A stretch of DNA of 64,000 bases from the IMG/VR virus record IMGVR_UViG_3300035510_000375. One strand, given 5' to 3'. Of this stretch, positions 51,573-59,452 are shown one piece after another; the first letter of the stretch is position 1, and the number at the start of each line of letters is the position of its first letter. This DNA comes from an uncultured virus (IMG/VR IMGVR_UViG_3300035510_000375). Taxonomy: Duplodnaviria > Heunggongvirae > Uroviricota > Caudoviricetes. The translations under genes were made by a program, and so were the position numbers. The notes below the pieces were generated by a model. The model was given only the letters and a program-made list of their open reading frames with translations. It had not been told where the DNA came from and made no database searches.

Positions 51573-51847
51573 CAATAATTATTAACCATAGGCTTTTTAT
51601 CCTATGCTCTGGAGCTTTCGCTCATTTTCATCAAATAGTCTTTTCTATTTCAGTTTAGCATATCTTTTCATCTTTATTAGATGTCGCGGCCTCGTGGAGG
51701 GATTATATCTTTTCACCCTCTATGCGTTGCCCCTGACTATAGTTTCTATAGCCTTCGGTTCGGATTAGCATATCATTTCTGATTTAGCCTTCCCGCTTAA
51801 TTCCGCGATTTTAACACGGCAACTAAAAATTAATTTTTTACTACTCT
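51573..51847 (-). mobile_element. Group I intron 1 in gyrA, 275 nt, ORF-less
   Basis: CACGGT pairs with GCCGTG; terminal G; P7 GCATA...AAGATATGC; splicing gives YIHG-DAS. Confidence 0.88.
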
Positions 51848-52069
51848 ACCGTGGATATACATTCGGGCTACCGAACCTATAGCTTTCAAAGTCTTTTTAA
51901 ATGGTTTATTAGGCAAGAACTTATCTGTATATAAACAATAAAAAATTTGTCTTGCAGAGGGTTTTAAACAATCTCTTACATCTACAAGCGCTCGTGATTG
52001 GAGTACAGCTCCCGCATAGGTAGTAAAACTATCTTCAATAATAGATTGCATATTTCTTTCTATATTCAT
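51848..52069 (-). CDS. gyrA: DNA gyrase subunit A, exon 1
   Basis: SRALVDVRDCLKPSARQI..YIHG. Confidence 0.88.
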
Positions 52070-52138
52070 ATTTTTCTCCTAATTATTTTTCTTTATTATA
52101 ATTATAATATTATTTTTAATTAAAATCAAATAAAATTT

Positions 52139-52744
52139 TTATTCATGAATTGTAGCAAAATCTACATTTTTAAATATATAATCTGTACGATAACTTACAT
52201 CATCACCCATTAGTTCTTCTAACATTTGGATTGCGTTAGGATTAGGTTTTAATACTTCCATTCTTTGAAATTCATCCGAGAACATTGAACGTTGGGCTTG
52301 CTCTGTAGATAAGCTTCCTAAGCCTTTGTTTCGCTGAACTTCCCCTTTAATAGAATCTCGTACTGCATTCATTTCTTCATCTGTAAAATAATACTGTTCT
52401 TCTTTTCCATTTTTTACAATATAAAGCGGAGATTTTAACCAGCATAATCTATTCTCTTGTATAAATTGTGGCGCAAGATATTGCAAAGCGGACATAATCA
52501 ACAAGCCTATGTGCGCGCCATCACTATCTGCATCGCTACATATACCTATTCTACCATAGCGCAATTTAGCGGGATTATATTTTCCTGGTACAATATTCAT
52601 AGCTTTTAGTAATAATTTAATTTCTTCATTATCAGCAATTCGCTCTTCATTATTACTAAGGCAATTAATCATTTTTCCTCTGATTGCAAGAATCCCATAC
52701 TTGGAGTAATCACGTGCATTAGCCATGGCACCTGCAGCACTATC
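52139..52744 (-). CDS. gyrB: DNA gyrase subunit B, exon 2
   Basis: DSAAG, IRGKMIN, DADSDGAHI, QRNKGLG; spliced product 613 aa. Confidence 0.9.
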   Translation of the reverse strand, partial: DSAAGAMANARDYSKYGILAIRGKMINCLSNNEERIADNEEIKLLLKAMNIVPGKYNPAKLRYGRIGICSDADSDGAHIGLLIMSALQYLAPQFIQENRLCWLKSPLYIVKNGKEEQYYFTDEEMNAVRDSIKGEVQRNKGLGSLSTEQAQRSMFSDEFQRMEVLKPNPNAIQMLEELMGDDVSYRTDYIFKNVDFATIHE

Positions 52745-53394
52745 CGTGTGCTCCTATATTTCTATAGGCACTGACTATCTCTTCACTCTGGTTTGTCAAA
52801 CCTTCATCGTGTCCTCTATTTCGAAATATGTATCAATAATATTTCTACTACAGGTCTCGCCCTGTATAGTCGATACAGCTTATTCTATATCTTTATAAGT
52901 TTGGTGTGTTACTATATTATATATAGTAAACCATGCTTTATCTGGCACATATTTTAACCAAACTTGTTTTGGACTCATACCATTATCATAATCTTGTCTC
53001 ATTTGCAAAACTTGTTCTTTTGTAAAAGCTTTTGTATTATTAGCAGCAATTTCAGAAGCATTTGCTTTTGCTTGGTGAGAATGCCAATATTTATTTTCTG
53101 CATTATTATATTCAGGATGAATATTTTTCCAATTTTCAAAATACCATACTTTTTGCAGCCCTCTTTTAGAAATTTTATCTTTAAATTCTGCATAAACAGT
53201 TCTAAAAGGAATATGATTAAAATATCAAGTTTTGTCCAAAAATTTTTCAATATAAAATCTTGCCACGGGATTGACTTCGCCTAAACTTGTTTTGACTTAC
53301 AAGTGTAACGGTCAGCTTTCCCCGTTAGCTACTTATTTTTAATTAAGTAACCCCACTGATGAGGTGGTAAAAAGGATTAGGGCAATAATTACTT
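52745..53394 (-). mobile_element. Group I intron in gyrB, 650 nt, with endonuclease remnant
   Basis: AGGGT|AA pairs with TTGCCCT; terminal G; GACTA...AAGAGATAGTC; splicing gives IVEG-DSAAG. Confidence 0.9.
52880..53224 (-). pseudogene. Start-less C-terminal DNA-binding part of a homing endonuclease
   Basis: Open frame ..KAFTKEQVLQMRQDYDNGMSPKQVW..IYNIVTHQTYKDIE resembles the C-terminus of the dnaB-intron endonuclease (KFTDEQVMEIRKKYAEG..IIYGESYKNL). Confidence 0.7.
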
Positions 53395-54630
53395 ACCCTC
53401 TACTATTAACAGCGTAGACCCAGGTCCTAAGAACTCCGCGTCTTTTAATTTATCTGAATTAAATACTTTTTTACTAGCATTTTTTTCTATTTCTTTTGAA
53501 GTTTCAAGGATTTGACGTCTAGCTCTATCTGCAGCTTTTTCTGCCTTTTGAACTTTAATTAACATCTTAATAATATTATCAAAGTCTGTACTATTCTGAA
53601 ATTCATCAAGTCCTTCTTTAAAAGCTTTTGAAGCAAGAGTACGAAGATTAGGATTATTTATCTTTGATTTCGTTTGATTTGCAAAAGAGGGTTCAGCAAC
53701 TTTGCAATTAATAGCATAAACTAAACCTTTCCTAATTAAATCTGCATCTAAGTCTTGTCCGCTCATTTTCTTGATTTGTGTTGTTAATGTTGTTTTAGCT
53801 CCTGTAACTGGACTTCCGCCCTCATTACAATACAAACCATTAACAAAAACGTGTGCAGCTTCTTTCCCCGCAGTCCAGCAGAAAGCAATTTCAACCTCAT
53901 CTATTTCATCTTTTGCTTTACAAATAATAGGCTTCATTAATGGAGATTTTGCTTCTGCTATAACAAAATCTGCAATACCATTTTTTGAATAAAATTCTTT
54001 TTTCTGTTTTGTCTTTTTATTAGTAATAATAAAATGTACACCTTTATTAAGATAAGATATATTTTTTATTTCACTTATTATTCTATCAAAAGTAAAAGTA
54101 TCAGTCATATTTTTAAAGACTTCTTTATCAGGAATGAAGCTAACAAAAGTACCATTTTTTTCTTTTGTATCAAATTCTTTATAGTTATCTAAAATTCCTT
54201 TAGTAAAGTTTGCGGCAGCCGCTTTTCCATCTCTATAGCTTTCAACTGCAAAAGATAGAGAAGAAAGACATACTGCACTTGCTCCAATTCCATTTAATCC
54301 AGAGCTGTTTGCATATGCACCTTTTGTAAATTTACCACCAGTATGAGATTCTGTATAAATAGATACTAATACATTTTCTCCATTGTCTCTAATACCAAAT
54401 GGCACTCCCCTACCATAATCCCTAACAGAAATTAAATTTTTATCTTCATCTACTTTAATCTCTATTACATCGCCATAGCCAGCCAGTGCCTCATCTGTTG
54501 AATTATTTACAATTTCTTTAAAAGCTTGATAAATTCCATCTGTATCATCAGAACCTAAATACATTGGAACTTTTTGTCTAATGCCCTCTCTAAAGGTTAA
54601 ATGTTGAATATCATTTATATCATATGACAT
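53395..54630 (-). CDS. gyrB: DNA gyrase subunit B, exon 1
   Basis: EIVNNSTDE, DYGRGVP, HTGGKF, GLNGIG GHKL motifs; LLIVEG. Confidence 0.92.
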
Positions 54631-54988
54631 TATTTATTTCTCCTTTTTATTTTTTTATTATATTATAACATAATTTTTATTAAATTTCAAATATTAAAAA
54701 ATTAAAAATTTTTACTTGACTTTTTAAAAATTTTATGATATCATATTTATATAAGGAATAAAACAAAAGAAAACTAAATTCTAGATCCTATATTATACTA
54801 ATCTAATTATATATTATTATAAAATATTAAGTCAATTTTTATATTCTAATTTTTATAATTTTCTTTCATAATTTGCTGTTTGTAAACTATATTATTTTTT
54901 ATTCTAATATTATTATATCATATTTTTCAGAGAAAGTCAAACCGTTTTAAAAAATTTTTTTTATTAGAATAAAAATAAGCAAAAAATT

Positions 54989-55016
54989 AAGTGGGTAGCT
55001 TTTACGCTACCCACTT
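54989..55016 (-). terminator. Terminator after endolysin
   Basis: AAGTGGGTAGC/GCTACCCACTT 11-bp stem, T-run on the - strand. Confidence 0.75.
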
Positions 55017-55022
55017 TGAATA

Positions 55023-55835
55023 TTAAACTTTCTTAGTATAATTCAGTGAAATCCAACCTTTGCCAGATTTTAAATATCCCCAAGTACCAGAAGTTTTTGT
55101 AATTGTATAAGTACCCTTGTCTTTAATTACACCAGTAATTGCATATTTAGTTCCAGGGCCTTTTCTAATATTTAACGCGCTTGCTGTTACTTTTACTTTA
55201 TAACTTGAAGCAGCAGTGCTTGATTGTGTAGTCGTAGTAACTGCCTTAGTAGAGCTACTAGTCTTAGCTTCCGCGCTTGTAGACACGGTTGCCACATTTA
55301 ATTTTGCCGTTACTTTTGTAGCTAAATCACCAAGCTTACCATACATCCAATCACCTGGACAAGCTGTATTACTAAACCAGCGATGTGCTGTTAGTACCAT
55401 TTCATCTGCTGCTGGTGTATAATTTAATGCGGTATTTTTATCTCCTAACCAAAGTAATTTCTTCTTACCATTTCTCTTGCAAATATCAGTACATAATTCA
55501 ATTAATTTATTATAAACTGTATTGTTAAAAGCATAAGGTGCTGTTAAATCAGAAGCACATTCAATAGTAATTGCTCTCTGATCATTTGCACTACTGCTTG
55601 AACACCAGCTTCTATTAGCTTCATCTACTACTAATACAATTTTACCATCTTTACCTATTGCATAGTTACAACTAGCTTTTCTACTAGTAGGAGTAAAGAT
55701 GCTGCCAATTGACTCTGCAGTAAGCTGTCCTACTACACAGTGAGGTGTAATTCTATCAATAGTATGAGTTCTAGCTCCACTATGATTAGGACTCTTGATT
55801 GTACATCCTATTAATGAACTATTTGTATATTCCAT
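55023..55835 (-). CDS. Endolysin: N-acetylmuramoyl-L-alanine amidase plus C-terminal SH3b
   Basis: SPNHS..RITPHC, ASCNY, AITIEC, HRWF..TACPG; ALNIRKGPGT..WG..GWISL. Confidence 0.9.
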   Translation of the reverse strand: MEYTNSSLIGCTIKSPNHSGARTHTIDRITPHCVVGQLTAESIGSIFTPTSRKASCNYAIGKDGKIVLVVDEANRSWCSSSSANDQRAITIECASDLTAPYAFNNTVYNKLIELCTDICKRNGKKKLLWLGDKNTALNYTPAADEMVLTAHRWFSNTACPGDWMYGKLGDLATKVTAKLNVATVSTSAEAKTSSSTKAVTTTTQSSTAASSYKVKVTASALNIRKGPGTKYAITGVIKDKGTYTITKTSGTWGYLKSGKGWISLNYTKKV

Positions 55836-55836
55836 A

Positions 55837-56187
55837 TTACTTATCTCCTTCTACATAAGATTTTACGTTTTCGTTTTGTTCTAACATTGTTTTAAATTTA
55901 TCTAAAGCTTCGTCTACTAAAGTACTAAACTGATCAAAAGGGATAATCTTAGCAAGCCATGTAAATTTAGCAATAAACATATCATAAACATAACGTAATT
56001 TAATTTGTCCAGTTCCAGAGCCTAGTTCTTTTTCAGCTTCTGTTACTGCGTATAATAACCATTCTTTTACTTTTTCAATCTGTTCTGTCGTTGGTCTTGT
56101 TGCAAAAGCATAAATTGCATATCCTGCGGCAGCGAGCACCGCAATAGCAATAATAATAATTAACCAATTAGATATTAAAAAACTCAT
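55837..56187 (-). CDS. Holin-like protein (116 aa)
   Basis: N-terminal TM; EWLLYAVTEAEKELGSGTGQIKLRYVYD; adjacent to lysin; RBS AGGAG. Confidence 0.75.
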   Translation of the reverse strand: MSFLISNWLIIIIAIAVLAAAGYAIYAFATRPTTEQIEKVKEWLLYAVTEAEKELGSGTGQIKLRYVYDMFIAKFTWLAKIIPFDQFSTLVDEALDKFKTMLEQNENVKSYVEGDK

Positions 56188-56206
56188 ATTTTTATCTCCT
56201 TTTTTC

Positions 56207-56677
56207 TTATCCAACTGCGGAATCATCATCATCTTCACCAAGTCCATCATCATTACTGGTGACACTATTTAGCCCCTTCATCGCAGACTCATAGACAATT
56301 CCATCTTTAGAATTTTCTTTAACTGATTTAAGTGAATAGACTCCAAAACCAATAACTTCACCAACTACCGCTCCAATCAAAGCGACAAGAGGACTAAAGT
56401 CAGGTGATAAATATTCAGAGGCTGCCGCAATTTGTAAGCTTTTTACTGTTGCCCAACCAGTAAATATTTCTATTAAAGTACAATTTATAAATAAAAAAAG
56501 AATTAACCTTTTAGTAGTAGTTAATTCTTTTTTATCTTTTAATTTATCATTTAGTTTTCTCTTGCCTTTTTCTATTTTAATTTTTCGTTTTAGTAGTTGT
56601 TTATCCTTGGCCCATTTTTGTTCCTCTTGTTGGATTTCTTCTTCGGTTAAATTTTTATCAAAGTCCATAATAAACAC
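56207..56677 (-). CDS. Two-TM membrane protein of the lysis cassette (holin-like)
   Basis: Two hydrophobic segments, YSLKSVKENSKDGIVYE. Confidence 0.6.
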   Translation of the reverse strand: MFIMDFDKNLTEEEIQQEEQKWAKDKQLLKRKIKIEKGKRKLNDKLKDKKELTTTKRLILFLFINCTLIEIFTGWATVKSLQIAAASEYLSPDFSPLVALIGAVVGEVIGFGVYSLKSVKENSKDGIVYESAMKGLNSVTSNDDGLGEDDDDSAVG

Positions 56678-56693
56678 CTCTTATTTTCTTTGT

Positions 56694-56757
56694 CTAATAA
56701 TAATTAAAAATTAATAATATAAATTAAACAAAAAAGACCTCACTTAATGTGAGGTCT
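56694..56757 (-). promoter_or_regulatory. Terminator hairpin overlapping a putative late promoter of the lysis cassette
   Basis: AGACCTCAC/GTGAGGTCT stem plus T-run; GGTCT-N27-TTAATTATTATTAG. Confidence 0.5.
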
Positions 56758-56763
56758 ATAATA

Positions 56764-57042
56764 TTAATCATCCTGTAAAGTTGAAGAAAAATCGTTGGTT
56801 TTAAAGAAGCTTCCAATAATACCTAATGTTCCACAGAAAATAGGAATATCTGCTTTCGCAAGAGTAATACCAATCATTCCAATTCCCTTAATAAATAGAT
56901 TACCTATTGTAATTTTAATAATCCATCCAATAATTACACCAAGAGCAAAATTAAGAAATGGAGTAATAAACATTAAAAATACCAATCCTAATAGAGTAAG
57001 GCATCCCACCGCGATATCTGTATTCTTATCCTCGTTAGTCAT
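56764..57042 (-). CDS. Small multi-TM membrane protein
   Basis: Mostly hydrophobic 92 aa. Confidence 0.6.
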   Translation of the reverse strand: MTNEDKNTDIAVGCLTLLGLVFLMFITPFLNFALGVIIGWIIKITIGNLFIKGIGMIGITLAKADIPIFCGTLGIIGSFFKTNDFSSTLQDD

Positions 57043-57043
57043 A

Positions 57044-57586
57044 CTAAATTTCTCCTTTATTTCTTTTTATATTTATATCATCAATAATTTGTTCAAGATT
57101 AACTGGTGTGCAGTTATGAGCATCTAAATTTACATTATAAGCATGGAATACATCACTCCACTTATCTTGAGAGTGAGTATGACCATGTAATGAAAAGATA
57201 GGTTTTATATCTTTATAATTTGCAACGAGCTGCGGATAATGACTAAGAATAAATTGTTTCTTTCCAGTAGAAAAACGATATCCCATTTGCACCTCATAAA
57301 TATTAGGTAGCTCGTTATAAATTTCAATGCGGGCGAGGGTGTCATGATTCCCGTAGGCTACGTATATTTTCCCATTAAGCCGAAGAATTTTCTCCATCCC
57401 GCGCTCATTATCTTTAAGCATTAGATCTCCAAGACAATAAACAATATCATCTTCTTTAACTACTTTATTCCAATTCTCTATAATTGCTTCATCATGTTCT
57501 TCAATACTATTGAACCCTCGCGACCCCCAGATGAACGGCTGGTCATGTGAGAAATGAAGGTCACTAGTAAGCCATATGTTCGTCAT
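57044..57586 (-). CDS. Calcineurin-like metallophosphoesterase
   Basis: SDLHFSH, LGD, GNHD, SHYP, HGHTH. Confidence 0.9.
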   Translation of the reverse strand: MTNIWLTSDLHFSHDQPFIWGSRGFNSIEEHDEAIIENWNKVVKEDDIVYCLGDLMLKDNERGMEKILRLNGKIYVAYGNHDTLARIEIYNELPNIYEVQMGYRFSTGKKQFILSHYPQLVANYKDIKPIFSLHGHTHSQDKWSDVFHAYNVNLDAHNCTPVNLEQIIDDINIKRNKGEI

Positions 57587-58085
57587 AAATATGTTCCTCC
57601 AAATATTCTACTATTGGTTTATTATCTTCTACTACATATATTCTATTAAATCCTTCTTCAAAAGTAGGTCTAGTTATGCTTGCGTGCATCCTCCCAACAA
57701 CAGAACGAGGAACGTAAGCTTGAGTATCTTTACGATTTTCATTTTGTGCAAGACATACTTCCAAAGGCTTCTTAATAAAAATTGCATTTATTTCAGAAGG
57801 GTTAGAGTCAATACGTGATAACAACTTGCTCCTAGAAGGCACACTTATATGAGTAGCATCCGCAAACACATTATATCCTTGCTCTATTGCTTCATTAATT
57901 AAATATACAAATTCTCTAAAGACTTCTACTTCATGTGTAAAATAATCTTCCCCTTCATCAAGTAATTCAAATCTAAGAGCGTCTCTTGAAATTACCTTGT
58001 CTGTTTTAGGATTTGAATGATTAGCTATCCAAGTACTCTTGCCCGATCCTGGCGCTCCTATCATTACATATAGTTTTCCATTCAT
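57564..58085 (-). CDS. Polynucleotide kinase-like P-loop kinase (AAA_33)
   Basis: GAPGSGKST, ISRDALR, DATH, R..VP. Confidence 0.85.
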   Translation of the reverse strand: MNGKLYVMIGAPGSGKSTWIANHSNPKTDKVISRDALRFELLDEGEDYFTHEVEVFREFVYLINEAIEQGYNVFADATHISVPSRSKLLSRIDSNPSEINAIFIKKPLEVCLAQNENRKDTQAYVPRSVVGRMHASITRPTFEEGFNRIYVVEDNKPIVEYLEEHIYDEHMAY

Positions 58086-58087
58086 AT

Positions 58088-58447
58088 TTAGCCCTCCTTA
58101 TTACGAAATTCACATTGACAAGAACAATTTGTGTTCCAACATTTACCTATTCTATTTCTATTGTATTTACATTCAAGATTTTTACAGCCTGGTAACTGAC
58201 TAATAGGAAGTTTTTCACCATTAACAAATCTACCTAAGTCAAATTCTTCTTTAAAATCTTCGTAGCGGTAAGAGCCGAATGGACGCACCTCGGCATGGTT
58301 CGTCGCCTTACAACAACATAAACAATAGATACGTTTTAGATGACCAGCCTCTCTTTGTTGACCTGCGCGACGTGGAATATCAATTCCCTTGTTTCCGCAT
58401 TCTGTACAATACATTTCACTAATAGTAAAATTTTTATTTTTTGGCAT
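58088..58447 (-). CDS. Cys-rich zinc-ribbon protein with ribosomal L33-like N-terminus
   Basis: YCTECG...HLKRIYCLCC..TNHAEVR. Confidence 0.55.
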   Translation of the reverse strand: MPKNKNFTISEMYCTECGNKGIDIPRRAGQQREAGHLKRIYCLCCCKATNHAEVRPFGSYRYEDFKEEFDLGRFVNGEKLPISQLPGCKNLECKYNRNRIGKCWNTNCSCQCEFRNKEG

Positions 58448-58524
58448 ACAATAACCACACTTCTTTCTTTTTTATTTTCTATATATATTATAATATAAAT
58501 TTTATTAAAAATAAAGTGTAGAAA

Positions 58525-59271
58525 TTAATCTGCGCTTATTGGATTAAAGGATGCCATAGGCATTAACTTAAATAAATTCTGTTTATGTAATTTATCAATT
58601 TTTTCTTTTATTTCTGCGGGAGGCTCAATGCCTTCTCCGATATATTTATCAAGAGTCTCATAGGTAAAGCCAAGATTATCTTCATCGGTCTTTCCGCAAA
58701 GACCATCTGATGGAGCCTTGTCTATCATCCATGACGGAAGTCCAAGTTCTCTACCAATAGCTTTTACTTCTGATACCAATAGATTACTAAGAGGACTAAA
58801 ATCGCCTGCACCATCTCCATATTTAGTAGCATATCCTACCCAATCTTCGCTTTTATTACAGGTATTTGCAACTCTTCCATTGCAGCTTTGACTTACCGCA
58901 TAAAGCGCCGCCATTCTAATACGTGGAGGGAGATTAATTGTAGCCTGTGTTGAAAGAGAGCTTGCTTCATATTCAATTTCTGCAATAAGTTCTTTAACTG
59001 CCGCCCCAATATTTACAGTACAACTATAAATATTTAAATAAGTGCAAATATCCATAGCATCAGATAGGTCACTTTGGGTGTTATTAGGCATTCGTACTCC
59101 AATAACTCTATTTGCACCTAAAGCTTCTACACAAAGTGCGGCGACCACGGTTGAATCCTTCCCGCCCGAAATTCCCACTACCGCATTACAACCTTTACCA
59201 TTTTCCTCAAACCAATCTTTAATCCATTGTACACATCTATCTTTTACTTCTTTTGCATTAAAATCCTTCAT
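58525..59271 (-). CDS. nadE: NH3-dependent NAD+ synthetase
   Basis: GISGGKDS, N..PRIRM, NKSE..GYATKYGDG, KAPSDGL..TDEDNLG. Confidence 0.93.
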   Translation of the reverse strand: MKDFNAKEVKDRCVQWIKDWFEENGKGCNAVVGISGGKDSTVVAALCVEALGANRVIGVRMPNNTQSDLSDAMDICTYLNIYSCTVNIGAAVKELIAEIEYEASSLSTQATINLPPRIRMAALYAVSQSCNGRVANTCNKSEDWVGYATKYGDGAGDFSPLSNLLVSEVKAIGRELGLPSWMIDKAPSDGLCGKTDEDNLGFTYETLDKYIGEGIEPPAEIKEKIDKLHKQNLFKLMPMASFNPISAD

Positions 59272-59282
59272 AATATTTCTCC

Positions 59283-59369
59283 TTAGATTCTGTTTAATAC
59301 ATCATAAAATCTTCTTAAATATTCATATACATTTTCAAGTAAGTTAGTGATAATTGGCTGTAATCTCAT
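59283..59369 (-). pseudogene. 28-aa ORF, probable internally deleted nicotinate phosphoribosyltransferase (pncB) remnant
   Basis: RBS AAGGA; MRLQPIITNLLEN resembles PncB N-termini (PIITSLL.TD); directly upstream of nadE behind a promoter. Confidence 0.5.
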
Positions 59370-59452
59370 TTTTTTCCTTTTTTTTATTATGTATATATTA
59401 TATCATAAATTTTTATAAAAATAAAGAGCGAGTATTACCTCGCTCTATTTTA

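Noticed and set aside
52964..53284. ORF-track calls 52964-53284(+) and 52999-53250(-)
   Set aside because: Shadow frames; the meaningful frame is the start-less endonuclease remnant 52880-53224
24530..54630. Split nrdD, dnaE, dnaB, gyrA and gyrB as pseudogenes, inteins or stop-codon recoding
   Set aside because: Interruptions contain in-frame stops and group I hallmarks, and precise splicing restores the frames; long ORFs end normally at TAA, TAG and TGA, so code 11 fits
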